A DNA stretch of 64,000 nt, from NCBI GenBank assembly GCA_965221955.1, contig CBDCTA010000022.1:373734-437733 (forward strand). The letters are read 5' to 3'. Position 1 is the stretch's first letter; the number at the start of each line of letters is the position of its first letter. Positions 1 to 10,547 of the stretch are shown in pieces. Both the position numbers and the translations under genes were made by a program. Source of the DNA: Gammaproteobacteria bacterium. Lineage in GTDB: Bacteria; Pseudomonadota; Gammaproteobacteria; UBA4575. The notes beneath the pieces were generated by a model that was given only the letters and a program-made list of their open reading frames with translations, was not told where the DNA came from and ran no database searches.

Positions 1-394
1 CTTTTGAGGCTAGTTTTTTTTCTAAAAAAATTCGTAATGGATCGCTATCTAATAAACTACGTTTGCGAGGACCCATATGACTGCCACCAAGAATAAAACT
101 TAAGCCCCAGCGAAAAAAGTTTGCAAAAAAGTAACCGCTATCTGTTCGAAAAACTTTATCAGTTGTAAGTTCTAGCCATAGCTCGGCAAGTTGGTCGACG
201 GCTTCATGAAAACTTCCTTGGTATGCTGCCAAATGTGCAGCATTTACTGCACCCGCAGAGACCCCTGTAAGAATGGGTGGATGGAAATCATCATACTGAT
301 TACAAATATAGCGTAATACTCCGACTTGATATGCAGCTCTAGCGCCTCCGCCGGTCATCGCTAAGCCTAATTCCGTATTAATTGTATTCGGCAT
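1..394 (-). CDS. Patatin-like phospholipase (5' part only; runs off the window edge; not in the ORF track)
   Basis: Manual translation from ATG at 394: MPNTINTELGLAMTGGGARAAYQVGVL...LTGVSAGAVNAAHLA...RSLLDSDPLRIFLEKK. Open to base 1, with the Gly-rich GGGAR loop and GxSxG nucleophile motif. Confidence 0.9.
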   Translation of the reverse strand, partial: MPNTINTELGLAMTGGGARAAYQVGVLRYICNQYDDFHPPILTGVSAGAVNAAHLAAYQGSFHEAVDQLAELWLELTTDKVFRTDSGYFFANFFRWGLSFILGGSHMGPRKRSLLDSDPLRIFLEKKLASK

Positions 395-609
395 GTTGTT
401 TTACAGTCTAACTAGGCTTATAACATTACTTGTATGTGGTTGTGATGGGTGGCATTCACAAGCGGTCTACATATTTAGAAAGGAATTTTATAAAGATGCT
501 TTCAACGATAAGTCTTATAACGTATATATTTGGGTTATCTTATCGTCATGCTTCGAAATTGACTAGTCACCACATAAATGAAAGAAGTTAAGGGGTAAAG
601 CGGGTATTA

Positions 610-3255
610 ATGGCTGATATTGATCCACAAGAAACACAAGAATGGTTACATGCTCTAGATGCCATTCTTGAACGCGATGGCGAAGAACGTGCGCACTATA
701 TCATCGAGCAATTGATTACTAATGCGCGTTTGGCAGGCGTGAATCTGCCATTTCGAAGCACTACATCATATGTAAATACCATAGCAGCGGACGAAGAAGC
801 ACGTATACCGGGCAATCCTAGGATGGAACACCGGGTGCGTTCACTAGAGCGCTGGAATGCATTGGCAATGGTGGTTCGCGCCAATAAAAAATTTCCTGAA
901 CTTGGTGGGCATATATCAACTTACGCTTCTTGCGCCACTTTAATGAGTATTGGTTTTAATCATTTTTTTCACCCAGCAACGAAAGAATCAGCGGGTGACT
1001 GTATTTATTTTCAAGGCCATGCTGCTCCTGGTGTATATGCACGTGCATATTTAGAAAATCGAGTTAGCGAAGAACAATTACAAAATTATCGTCGTGAAGT
1101 TGAAGGCAAAGGTCTTTCATCTTATCCGCACCCTTGGTTGATGCCTAACTTTTGGCAGTTTCCAACAGTATCAATGGGGCTGGCACCCATCATGGGCATT
1201 TATCAAGCGCGTTTCATGGAGTACTTACATGACCGTGGAATTATTGATAAAGCGAATCGTAAAGTTTGGGTGTTTACCGGTGATGGTGAAATGGATGAAC
1301 CAGAATCGCTGGGTGCAATTTCCCTTGCGGCACGTGAAGAGTTAGATAATTTAATTTTTGTTATCAATTGCAATCTGCAGCGTTTAGACGGGCCTGTGCG
1401 CGGTAACGGAAAAATTATTCAAGAACTCGAGGGTGTGTTTCGAGGTGCAGGTTGGAATGTAATCAAACTTATTTGGGGAGGCAACTGGGATCCTTTACTT
1501 GCGAGAGATAAAGATGGGTTTTTGCGTAAGCGCATGAATGAAGCATTGGATGGAGACTATCAAAATTATCGTGCTAAGGGCGGCGCTTATGTTCGCGAAC
1601 ACTTTTTCGGTAAGTATCCAGAGCTGGAAAAAGTAATTGAAAATATGACAGATGATGATATCTGGCGATTGAACCGTGGTGGTCACGATCAACAAAAAGT
1701 TTATGCCGCGTATGCCGCCGCAGTAAAGCATCAAGGTCAACCGACTGTGATCTTAGCTAAAACGGTCAAAGGATATGGTTTAGGGAAAAGTGGTGAGAGT
1801 TTGAATATCGCTCATCAACTTAAAAAACCTGCAAAAGATTCTTTAATAGCTTTTCGTGATCGTTATCGAATACCGGTAAGTGATGAAGATTTGGAAGATG
1901 TGCCATTTTACAAGCCACCTGAAGACAGTGCAGAAATGCAATACCTGAAAGAATTACGCACTAAACTTCAAGGAGAAATTCCCAAACGTAACCAATCTTC
2001 CATTAATATAAAAATACCTCCACTTGAAATATTTAAAGATTTAATCGCAGGTAGCGATGGCCGAGAAAATTCCACTACGATGGCTTTTGTAAGAATTTTA
2101 TTAGCACTGACACGTGAAAAATCTATCGCAAAATATATTGTGCCGATCGTGCCTGATGAAGCACGCACGTTTGGTATGGAGGGGTTATTTCAAAGTATGG
2201 GTATTTATGCACATAAGGGCCAACTTTATGATCCGGTAGATGCAGATCAAGTGATGTATTACCGTGAAGATCAATCAGGACAAATTTTAGAAGAAGGTAT
2301 CAATGAAGCAGGTGCGATGTCATCTTGGATTGCAGCGGCTACCTCTTATAGCACCCACAATATGCCGATGATCCCTTTTTATATTTTTTATTCCATGTTT
2401 GGTTTTCAACGTATTGGTGACTTGGCTTGGGCAGCAGGGGATAGTCGTGCGCGCGGATTTTTAATTGGAGGAACGGCAGGGCGTACCACATTGGCTGGAG
2501 AAGGTTTACAACATCAAGATGGCCATAGTCACCTTCTGGCTTCCACTATTCCAAATTGTCGTGCCTATGATCCTGCATTTGCATACGAACTTGCAGTGAT
2601 TGTGCATTACGGTATGAAAATGATGTTTGAAGAAAAACAGGACTATTACTACTACATCACTGTGATGAATGAGAATTATGCACAACCTGAAATGCCTAAA
2701 GGGTGTGAGCAAGGCATCATCAATGGCATGTACCTATTTCAGCAAGTAAAAGCAAAACAACATCATGTTCAATTATTAGGTAGTGGAGCCATTTTATTAG
2801 AAGTTATTGCAGCGGCTGAACTATTGGAAAGAGACTTTTCTGTAAGCAGTGATGTTTGGAGTGTTACGAGTTTTAATCGATTAAGACGTAATGGCATGGA
2901 AGTACAACGATGGAACATGCTACATCCTGATGAAAAACCAAAAGAGTCTCATGTGAAACAATGTTTGCACGATACAAAGGGACCGGTTATTGCAGCGACG
3001 GATTATATGAAAATCTATGCAGATCAAATCCGTCCATATATAGACAAAAACTATGTGGTGTTGGGCACCGATGGGTTTGGGCGTAGCGATACGCGTAAGC
3101 AATTACGATATTTCTTTGAAGTCAATGCACAATACATTGCTACCGCGGCACTTTTTGCTTTGGTAGAAGAAGGCAGCTTAGATCGGTCCATTTTAGTGAC
3201 TGCGATGCAGAAATATGGGATTGATGCTGATAAATCCGATCCAGTATTTTCTTAA
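610..3255 (+). CDS. aceE: Pyruvate dehydrogenase E1 component, homodimeric type
   Basis: 881 aa. N-terminal DIDPQETQEWL, TPP motif GDGEMDE...NCNLQRLDGPV, and SYPHPWLMP and GEGLQHQDGHS signatures. Confidence 0.97.
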   Translation: MADIDPQETQEWLHALDAILERDGEERAHYIIEQLITNARLAGVNLPFRSTTSYVNTIAADEEARIPGNPRMEHRVRSLERWNALAMVVRANKKFPELGGHISTYASCATLMSIGFNHFFHPATKESAGDCIYFQGHAAPGVYARAYLENRVSEEQLQNYRREVEGKGLSSYPHPWLMPNFWQFPTVSMGLAPIMGIYQARFMEYLHDRGIIDKANRKVWVFTGDGEMDEPESLGAISLAAREELDNLIFVINCNLQRLDGPVRGNGKIIQELEGVFRGAGWNVIKLIWGGNWDPLLARDKDGFLRKRMNEALDGDYQNYRAKGGAYVREHFFGKYPELEKVIENMTDDDIWRLNRGGHDQQKVYAAYAAAVKHQGQPTVILAKTVKGYGLGKSGESLNIAHQLKKPAKDSLIAFRDRYRIPVSDEDLEDVPFYKPPEDSAEMQYLKELRTKLQGEIPKRNQSSINIKIPPLEIFKDLIAGSDGRENSTTMAFVRILLALTREKSIAKYIVPIVPDEARTFGMEGLFQSMGIYAHKGQLYDPVDADQVMYYREDQSGQILEEGINEAGAMSSWIAAATSYSTHNMPMIPFYIFYSMFGFQRIGDLAWAAGDSRARGFLIGGTAGRTTLAGEGLQHQDGHSHLLASTIPNCRAYDPAFAYELAVIVHYGMKMMFEEKQDYYYYITVMNENYAQPEMPKGCEQGIINGMYLFQQVKAKQHHVQLLGSGAILLEVIAAAELLERDFSVSSDVWSVTSFNRLRRNGMEVQRWNMLHPDEKPKESHVKQCLHDTKGPVIAATDYMKIYADQIRPYIDKNYVVLGTDGFGRSDTRKQLRYFFEVNAQYIATAALFALVEEGSLDRSILVTAMQKYGIDADKSDPVFS

Positions 3256-3260
3256 AATTT

Positions 3261-4523
3261 GTGAGCAAAAAAAACATACAAATTACAGACATAGCAGATT
3301 TTGAATCTGTAGATGTAGTGGAAATACTTGTTCAAGCTGGTGATGAGATCGCCGTAGATCAACCATTGATTACAGTAGAAAGCGAAAAGGCCATGATGGA
3401 TTATCCATCACCATACGCAGGTGTAGTGGATAAAGTCCTTGTTGAAGAAGGTAATAAAGTGAGTGAGGGTGACACTATTATCGTCTTGGATATGCAGGAA
3501 CATGAGAATACAACTCAGGGAAAAGTCATTCAAAAAGTTGAGCAACCCAATAGTCAGCCCAAACTAGAGATCAGCAAAGAAGTTAGTCAAGAAACCAATA
3601 CTGCATCTTCCCAGCAGTTGAACAATTTAAGTAAACAAAATGCTTATGCGAGTCCTGGCACACAGAAATATGCGCGCGAACTAGGCGTTAGTCTTGATGA
3701 TGTTCAAGGAAGTGGGCGTAAACAAAGGGTTTTAATAGAAGATGTTCAGCAGCATGTCCGCCAACGTTTAGGTAATGGGTCTGGGCCTCTTGCACCTGCT
3801 AGAAAGCCACTGGACTTTTCAAAATATGGCGCATCAGAAACGAAAGACTTAAATAAAATTCAAAAACTAACCGCAGAAAATATGCTACACGCTTGGAATA
3901 GCATTCCTCATGTAACGCATTTTGATCAAGCTGATGTCACACAACTTGAATTACATAGAAAAAAATTAGCAAAAGAATTAAGCTCTAAGCAAATTAAACT
4001 TACGCCACTTGCATTTGTAGCCAAAGCTTTGGTGGTTAGTCTAAAACAATTCCCGCAATTTAATTCATCCCTTGATGACGTTGCCGAAAAGATAATTTAT
4101 AAGGATTTTTTTCATATCGGCATTGCGGTAGATACAGAATATGGTCTATTTGTACCAGTGCTACGTGATGTGGATAAAAAACCGCTCGAACAAGTAGCAA
4201 AAGATTTAATTGATGTAAGTGAGCTTGCAAGAAAAAGAAAGCTTACCCCTAGTCATATGGGTGGAGCGAGTATGACGATTTCTAGTTTGGGTAATTTAGG
4301 CGGGCAAGCATTTACTCCAATTATAAACCCACCAGAAGTTGCTATCTTGGGCTTGTCAAAAATGATTATCAACGAAAAAACTTCTGGTGCTGAAACTGAA
4401 CAACAAAAATTATTACCTTTATCTTTATCGTATGATCATCGTGTAATTAATGGTGCAGAAGCAGCGCGTTTTTGCACACATTTGAAAAATGTTTTAGAAG
4501 ATATTTGGAAACTGATTCTTTAA
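3261..4523 (+). CDS. aceF: Dihydrolipoyl acetyltransferase E2 with a single lipoyl domain
   Basis: GTG start 5 nt after aceE. Lipoyl motif VESEKAMM, binding domain ASPGTQKYARELGV...GSG, catalytic PIINPPE and DHRVING. Confidence 0.93.
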   Translation: MSKKNIQITDIADFESVDVVEILVQAGDEIAVDQPLITVESEKAMMDYPSPYAGVVDKVLVEEGNKVSEGDTIIVLDMQEHENTTQGKVIQKVEQPNSQPKLEISKEVSQETNTASSQQLNNLSKQNAYASPGTQKYARELGVSLDDVQGSGRKQRVLIEDVQQHVRQRLGNGSGPLAPARKPLDFSKYGASETKDLNKIQKLTAENMLHAWNSIPHVTHFDQADVTQLELHRKKLAKELSSKQIKLTPLAFVAKALVVSLKQFPQFNSSLDDVAEKIIYKDFFHIGIAVDTEYGLFVPVLRDVDKKPLEQVAKDLIDVSELARKRKLTPSHMGGASMTISSLGNLGGQAFTPIINPPEVAILGLSKMIINEKTSGAETEQQKLLPLSLSYDHRVINGAEAARFCTHLKNVLEDIWKLIL

Positions 4524-4534
4524 TAGTTAATAGC

Positions 4535-5638
4535 ATGAGAATTGGTATTCCAAAAGAAATTAAAGCAGATGAATATCGAATCGCACTACTTCCTGTAGGC
4601 GCGCAGCTACTTGTAAAAGATGGGCACGATGTATTCATAGAAAAAAATGCGGGTTTAGCTAGTGGCTACGCAGATGAGGAATACCAATTAGTCGGAGCAG
4701 AAATTGTAGAATCGTCAGATGATCTATTTAGTCAATCTGACTTAATTATCAAAGTTAAAGAACCTCAAATAGAAGAGTTAGAAAAATTATCCGCATCACA
4801 GATTGTATTTGGATATCAGCATTTTGCTAGTTCTGCAGAGTTAACTGAAGCTTGCATAAAAAAGAATATCACGGCTTTAGCGTATGAAACGTTGACGGAT
4901 TCTCATGGGCAATTACCGTTATTAAAGCCCATGAGCGAAGTTGCAGGAAAGATGTCTATTCAAGAAGGGGCTAAATGTCTTGAAAAACCCATGTTAGGTC
5001 GTGGTGTGTTGCTCGGAGGCGTAGCGGGTGTAGCCCCTGCAAATGTGCTCATCCTTGGTGCGGGAGTAGTAGGTTCAAATGCCGCACGGGTTGCTGCGGG
5101 TCTCGGTGCGAATGTAGTGATCATGGATATTGATATCGACAAGCTAAGACATATTGACGAGGTCATGCCGGATAACGTTACGACGATATATTCTGATCCT
5201 CATGCCATTGAACAATGTGCCATCAATGCTGATTTAATTATTGGTGCCACCCTGATTCCAGGTGCGCGCGCGGTGAAGTTAATCCATAAGGAGCTTTTAA
5301 AAAGTTTAAAAAACGGAACCGTTATGGTTGATGTGGCAATTGATCAAGGTGGCTGCTTTGAAACCAGTAAACCCACTACACACCATGACCCTGTTTATGT
5401 GATTAATGATATTGTTCACTATTGTGTGACAAATATCCCTGGCGCTGTAGCACGTACAAGCAGTCAAGCATTATGTAATGCGACCTTACCCTATATACAA
5501 AAACTGAGTAATTTAGGTTTAGAAGCCTTTCTTCATGAAAGCAAAAATATGCGCAATGCGTTAAATATTCATGCTGGTAAAATTAAACATTTAGCGGTTG
5601 CAAATGCATTTCCAAATTTACCAAATAGCTTTCGTTAA
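4535..5638 (+). CDS. ald: Alanine dehydrogenase
   Basis: Start set to ATG 4535 (MRIGIPKEIKADEYRIAL). Motifs KVKEP, PLLKPMSEVAG, GAGVVG, DVAIDQGGCFETS and HYCVTNIPGAV. Confidence 0.95.
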   Translation: MRIGIPKEIKADEYRIALLPVGAQLLVKDGHDVFIEKNAGLASGYADEEYQLVGAEIVESSDDLFSQSDLIIKVKEPQIEELEKLSASQIVFGYQHFASSAELTEACIKKNITALAYETLTDSHGQLPLLKPMSEVAGKMSIQEGAKCLEKPMLGRGVLLGGVAGVAPANVLILGAGVVGSNAARVAAGLGANVVIMDIDIDKLRHIDEVMPDNVTTIYSDPHAIEQCAINADLIIGATLIPGARAVKLIHKELLKSLKNGTVMVDVAIDQGGCFETSKPTTHHDPVYVINDIVHYCVTNIPGAVARTSSQALCNATLPYIQKLSNLGLEAFLHESKNMRNALNIHAGKIKHLAVANAFPNLPNSFR

Positions 5639-6228
5639 CGAAATTCTAAAAAATAAATAGCCACACCTAATAAAATCAGCGCTATTTCAATTACGCTAAT
5701 CCAAATTAACATATAGCTAATTCTTCTAGCGGCAGGTTTCATTAGCAACCAAACATGTTGTTTATAGAATTTCCAAGGCAAAAACCAAGACCATTTTTGC
5801 CAGTCAATCAAATACTGCTGAATCGCTTCGGCCCATTTGGTCAAGCTTTTATCTACTTTATTTAACTGATCCAAATCTTCTTCAGCTTTAAGACCATGAT
5901 ACTTTTCAGTGATGGTTAATTTAGAGCCTTTGGGTACTTCTTCTATTAAGAAAATCGATTCATATTTAATTCCATTTTCATATTGAATACGTATACCGTT
6001 TTTCATCTTAGTGACATTCAAATTAGTTTGTAATGAAAATTCAGGTTTTTGGCTATGATTAACTAAATCGACGTAATATTTATGTGTTTGAATTTCTTCC
6101 CATTTCAGGATTTCAAGATAAGGATTAATTCTAAATAATGTCTCAAGTTTGAGGCAAAATTTGAATAATTCGGTATTGCTTAGCGGAGTTTTGAATTCAG
6201 CCCAAGCTTTGTTTTCTGTATGTTCCAA
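5635..6228 (-). CDS. Hypothetical protein, possible SRPBCC/START-like fold, with a C-terminal TM anchor
   Basis: 197 aa with a hydrophobic C-terminus (YMLIWISVIEIALILLGVAIYF). Last gene of the YeiH-USP run. Confidence 0.6.
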   Translation of the reverse strand: MEHTENKAWAEFKTPLSNTELFKFCLKLETLFRINPYLEILKWEEIQTHKYYVDLVNHSQKPEFSLQTNLNVTKMKNGIRIQYENGIKYESIFLIEEVPKGSKLTITEKYHGLKAEEDLDQLNKVDKSLTKWAEAIQQYLIDWQKWSWFLPWKFYKQHVWLLMKPAARRISYMLIWISVIEIALILLGVAIYFLEFR

Positions 6229-6234
6229 TGCGGA

Positions 6235-6702
6235 TTATGCGCAAACGAGAGGATGTGGTATTTGCAGGTGTTCTATTGGTAAATATTTATAAAAACGCTT
6301 GCCTGTCATGCGTGACTTTAGGCCAGGCATAGTTTTTGGGCGAGTTGAACCGGTAATCACTAGTTTATAATTACCTTCTTGACAGGCTTTAAGCAATTCG
6401 TTTTCTGGATCGCCGATCACTACCTTATGTTTAGCCTCGATGTCAAAAGGCTGCAATTGCTTTTGTAAACGAGTAATCGTTTCATCAATTTCATGTGCTA
6501 ATTCAGATTCTAGATAATTACCAAAACGTTCACGCGTAATCTCATTGTTTAGCCAATCATCACCAAGCATGTTTTTCCAAAATTCTGGAAGCACATATAA
6601 ATGTGTGAGTTCAGTATTGGTTAAGCATAGCTTTAATAATGCTTTCTCGGCCGCTTGCGCGCCAATTGTGCCATGGCTGGCAAGTAAAATTTTATTTAGC
6701 AC
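6235..6702 (-). CDS. Universal stress protein (USP)
   Basis: KILLASHGT at the N-terminus and VVIGDPENELLKAC...LVITGS. GTG at 6702 preferred because the 6726 start overlaps the small upstream ORF. Confidence 0.8.
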   Translation of the reverse strand: MLNKILLASHGTIGAQAAEKALLKLCLTNTELTHLYVLPEFWKNMLGDDWLNNEITRERFGNYLESELAHEIDETITRLQKQLQPFDIEAKHKVVIGDPENELLKACQEGNYKLVITGSTRPKTMPGLKSRMTGKRFYKYLPIEHLQIPHPLVCA

Positions 6703-6715
6703 TCGTTCTTGCTTT

Positions 6716-6838
6716 CTAATAGGCAAGATAGACGAATAGCGCGATCACTAAAGCCAATATCAAAGCCATTAAATCTTCTCTTCGATCACTGTTAAAAATA
6801 GATAAGACTGATCCGCGATCAAATTTTTGTTCTTGCAT
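6716..6838 (-). CDS. 40-aa single-TM small protein (not in the ORF track)
   Basis: MQEQKFDRGSVLSIFNSDRREDLMALILALVIALFVYLAY*. AGGAG RBS 8 nt before the ATG. Fills the gap between the YeiH-family gene and the USP. Confidence 0.75.
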   Translation of the reverse strand: MQEQKFDRGSVLSIFNSDRREDLMALILALVIALFVYLAY

Positions 6839-6858
6839 CTTAATTACTCCTGAGATTT

Positions 6859-8439
6859 TTAAATTGTTTCCGAAATCAGTAATAGAACAACCACTAAAGA
6901 TAAACTTGCTTTTATAAAGCCGACAATGCCGCCTATTACCGCAGGTTGTCCGCCTGCTTGTCGCATTGCAGAAACAGTAATTTGCATACCGAGTCCTACG
7001 AGCCCAAAAGCAAATAGCCAGGTAATCCAGTTTCTGAATGCCTTAATTTTTTTCGCAGTATGGCGCACAGACTTATGTGCTTTTTTAAGAATTTCATTTG
7101 CTGGTTTTGATAAAACCTTTGCATTAACCAAGCCGCGCAATACATCGTCATCATCAATACTCATGACCTTGCCATGTTGAATCAACTGTTGAAGCGCCTG
7201 TTTTCGATCTTGTCTTTGGACTTTAGTAACTTCGTTGCTTAATACACTTTTACTTTCATTGCTTAAAAGATTTTCAGACTTAAACCCACTCTCTTCCGTA
7301 TTGCCAAAATATTTACCTTTATAATGATTCGCGGGTGCAAATATTCCTGTGGTTGAAAGCGCAAAAAGTAAAATAAAGCCCAAGACAAATATTGGAAACT
7401 TTTCAAAAACGACTTTAGCAACGTTTACTTGTTGTGTTGCTTTATCTTCACGTTTTACATACCAAACGGATAACCATAAAACGATGATAGGTAAAACAAG
7501 TACACGTGTAATATTAAATATCTCAGCAACTTTTAGTGTTTCAATGCCATCAGGTTGGTAGGCTAATGCAGCGCCGGCTACTTGTGCAGAGTTTAAAATT
7601 CCGGTACCGGCCCAAGCCCCAAATTGCACATGGGATAAGTTGAGCAAATGTCCAATGATGGGAAAGATGAACATACACAGCACGCCCCATAACAAGATGG
7701 TGCCAATGGTGTAAGCGATTTCTACAGACTTGGCTTTAACTACAGGTGCGGCAGCAACCGTAGCTGAAACACCACAAACCCCCATGCCTGCTGACAAGAC
7801 GCCACCCATGGAGTTAGGAATTTTTCTTCGTGCCCCTAGCCATAAAACCAGACCCACCGAGCCCAACACAAAAAATCCAATCATGACGATCGAGAGGCCG
7901 CCAAGATTTTTTAACTCTGCTGCACTATAAAGTGTACCTAGCAAGATCACACCGGTTTTTAAACCCAGGCGTGAAAGACGCACCCCATTTTCTGCCCAAC
8001 CAGGAATTTTAAATACATTAACAACAATGATGCCGACTAAGATGCCTAATACAACATAATTTAAACCAAGTATTTCGTGTATAAATTTTCCTGTATTACC
8101 CACTTTGCCCATTCCTTTACCAAGCACAGCAATCTCAGGGGCAACAAACCAACGTACTACCATTGAAATCAAAAGAATAAACATGGCACCTGCAATCGTG
8201 GAAAGGTAATAGTCACATGTGCCCTCTTTATGCTTGCCTAGCCATTGCCAAAGGCCAAAAATGATAGAGAAGGCCCCGAAATAAAGAGGTAGAGTAGTCA
8301 GTTCATTAAAATATTTATATTTTTCACCACCGAGGTGATGAATATAGGTCGATAGGAGATCAGCACTGGAAAGATACCAAATAGCCAACATGATGAGCCC
8401 AATGATAAATAAGGCCGGAGATTTTTTTGTATAGACCAT
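6859..8439 (-). CDS. YeiH/PSE family (putative sulfate/sulfite exporter) membrane protein with a soluble insertion
   Basis: Many TM helices. Motifs LKTGVILLG, GVCGVSATVA, FGAWAGTGILNSAQV and AFGLVGLGMQ. Confidence 0.85.
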   Translation of the reverse strand: MVYTKKSPALFIIGLIMLAIWYLSSADLLSTYIHHLGGEKYKYFNELTTLPLYFGAFSIIFGLWQWLGKHKEGTCDYYLSTIAGAMFILLISMVVRWFVAPEIAVLGKGMGKVGNTGKFIHEILGLNYVVLGILVGIIVVNVFKIPGWAENGVRLSRLGLKTGVILLGTLYSAAELKNLGGLSIVMIGFFVLGSVGLVLWLGARRKIPNSMGGVLSAGMGVCGVSATVAAAPVVKAKSVEIAYTIGTILLWGVLCMFIFPIIGHLLNLSHVQFGAWAGTGILNSAQVAGAALAYQPDGIETLKVAEIFNITRVLVLPIIVLWLSVWYVKREDKATQQVNVAKVVFEKFPIFVLGFILLFALSTTGIFAPANHYKGKYFGNTEESGFKSENLLSNESKSVLSNEVTKVQRQDRKQALQQLIQHGKVMSIDDDDVLRGLVNAKVLSKPANEILKKAHKSVRHTAKKIKAFRNWITWLFAFGLVGLGMQITVSAMRQAGGQPAVIGGIVGFIKASLSLVVVLLLISETI

Positions 8440-8589
8440 GCAATACCCTTGTTATTTTTATTATTGAAATTTCAGCTATGCTAAATAAGAGCTATCACTG
8501 AGATGAGTATTATGGCTAAGAGTATAGCCACAAGTCTTATATCACAATCATAAACTTTCTATAAATATTTTTTATTTGTTCTATTAAAA

Positions 8590-10482
8590 ATGCGTAATCA
8601 AGATTATGACGATATTGCAGTTGCCCGAAACACTTGCGGTACATGTTTTGAAAATATTTTAAAACGTCGCATAAGCCGTCGTACATTTTTACAAGGAATG
8701 TGTACTACAAGTACAACTCTTGCATTTACAAATGATGTGATAGGGGCTAATACGAATTCATCGCTTTCATTTTCAGAAATTGCACACGGCTTAGATGAAA
8801 ATTTGCATATTCCTGAAGACTATTCTGTACAGGTGTTATTAAAGTGGGGTGATTCTTTATTTTCTAATACAGATGAATTCAATCCTTATGATCAAAGTGC
8901 TACGTCGCAGTTAACACGCTTTGGTTATAACAATGATTTTGTAGCGTATATGCCAATCGGAAAATCTAACAACTCATCTACACATGGTTTGTTAATTGTG
9001 AATCATGAATATGTGAATAGTTCTTTGATGCATCCTGGTTCGCCTCATCCATTTGAATTAAGCCGTGAACAAGTTGATACGGAAATGGCAGCGCATGGCT
9101 TAAGCATCGTAGAAGTACAAAAAAAAGCTAAAACATGGAAGGTTAATTACCGTACTCAATACAATCGTCGTATAACGCCTTTAACTTCGATGCAGCTAGC
9201 AGGGCCGGCTCGTGGACATCCAAGAGTAAAAACTAAATTTTCACCAAAGGGTGAAATTTGCCTAGGAACTTTTGGAAATTGTGCAGGAAGCATTACACCA
9301 TGGGGAACCGTGCTGACTGCAGAAGAAAATATCCAAACTTATTTTATAGGTAAAGCGAAAAACACGAATGAATATGAAAGCTACAAACGTTTTGGATTAT
9401 TAGGTAGCAAAACGGCTTTGTCTGTGTGGGGTAAATACCATCCACCTTGGAACCTCAATCATCATCCTCAAGCAGCGATGCATGCGGGTTGGGTCGTAGA
9501 ATTCGATCCTTATGATCCAAATTTTGTACCGATTAAACGTACTGCCTTAGGCCGTTGCAAACATGAGGGTTGTGGGGTGCATATTAATAAAGATGGCAGA
9601 GTAGTGATCTACATGGGAGATGATCAAATATTTGAATATGTTTATCGTTTTGTAAGTAAAAATAAATATCAGGCAGGTCAACAAAAACATAATCTATCGC
9701 TCTTAGACGAAGGTGAGCTTGCCGTTGCTGAATTTACGGATCAAGGTTCTATCATTTGGCATCCCTTGAAATATGGTAGCCGTCCGCATACCAAAGAAAA
9801 TGGATTCAATAGCCAAGCAGATGTTGTGTTAGATTTGCGCAAAGCTGCCGATTTGGTTGGCGCCACACCAATGGATAGGCCTGAAGAAATTAAAGTTAGC
9901 CCAAAATCTGGCAATGTGTTTGCAGTGCTTACGAATAATTTTAAACGTGATCCACTGCGTACTGATGCGGCAAATCCCCGGGCATTAAATCGCCATGGGC
10001 ATATCCTAGAGCTCATTCCTCCCCAACAAGACCACAGTGCAAGAGAGTATAAGTGGGAAGTTTTTATCTTGGCGGGCGATCCACAAAGCAAGTTGGATCG
10101 TGCTTATTACCATTCTCAGATTTCAGAAAATGGTTGGTTCTCTAATCCCGATAACTGCAGTTTTGATGAAAATGGAAATCTTTGGATTGCTACCGACGGT
10201 TTTAATCGCTCAGGTAAAGCGGATGGTATCTGGATAAGTGCTACTGAAGGAAAAAATAAAGCACTTAGTAAACAGTTTTTACGTGCACCAATCGGTGCAG
10301 AAATTTGTAGCCCTTGTTTTACGCCAGATCAAAAAACCATGTTTTGTTCTGTACAGCATCCGGGTGATGATTCTAGTTTTGATCAACCATCTACGCGTTG
10401 GCCGGATTTTGATGAGCAATTACCACCACGCCCTTCGGTCATCGCAGTTCAGCGTGATGATGATAAGCAGTTGCTTGCATAG
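8590..10482 (+). CDS. phoX: PhoX-family alkaline phosphatase, Tat-exported
   Basis: Twin-arginine SRRTFLQ. Motifs FGYNNDF, VNHEY, NCAGSITPWGTVLTAEEN, ALGRCKHE, GATPMDRPE, NPDN and VQHPG. Confidence 0.92.
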   Translation: MRNQDYDDIAVARNTCGTCFENILKRRISRRTFLQGMCTTSTTLAFTNDVIGANTNSSLSFSEIAHGLDENLHIPEDYSVQVLLKWGDSLFSNTDEFNPYDQSATSQLTRFGYNNDFVAYMPIGKSNNSSTHGLLIVNHEYVNSSLMHPGSPHPFELSREQVDTEMAAHGLSIVEVQKKAKTWKVNYRTQYNRRITPLTSMQLAGPARGHPRVKTKFSPKGEICLGTFGNCAGSITPWGTVLTAEENIQTYFIGKAKNTNEYESYKRFGLLGSKTALSVWGKYHPPWNLNHHPQAAMHAGWVVEFDPYDPNFVPIKRTALGRCKHEGCGVHINKDGRVVIYMGDDQIFEYVYRFVSKNKYQAGQQKHNLSLLDEGELAVAEFTDQGSIIWHPLKYGSRPHTKENGFNSQADVVLDLRKAADLVGATPMDRPEEIKVSPKSGNVFAVLTNNFKRDPLRTDAANPRALNRHGHILELIPPQQDHSAREYKWEVFILAGDPQSKLDRAYYHSQISENGWFSNPDNCSFDENGNLWIATDGFNRSGKADGIWISATEGKNKALSKQFLRAPIGAEICSPCFTPDQKTMFCSVQHPGDDSSFDQPSTRWPDFDEQLPPRPSVIAVQRDDDKQLLA

Positions 10483-10500
10483 TACTGGTTTGGAGAACAA

Positions 10501-10526
10501 AAAAGCCAGCTACTGCTGGCTTCTTT
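10501..10526. terminator. Bidirectional intrinsic terminator
   Basis: AAGCCAGC-TACT-GCTGGCTT stem flanked by an A-run and a T-rich tail, between convergent phoX and the PEP-CTERM gene. Confidence 0.8.
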
Positions 10527-10547
10527 ATAAATAAAAAATGTTATTAA

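Noticed and set aside
8520-8570. Possible Pho box upstream of phoX
   Set aside because: Only a weak match (CAATCATAAACTTTCTAT) to the CTGTCAT direct-repeat consensus, in AT-rich DNA.
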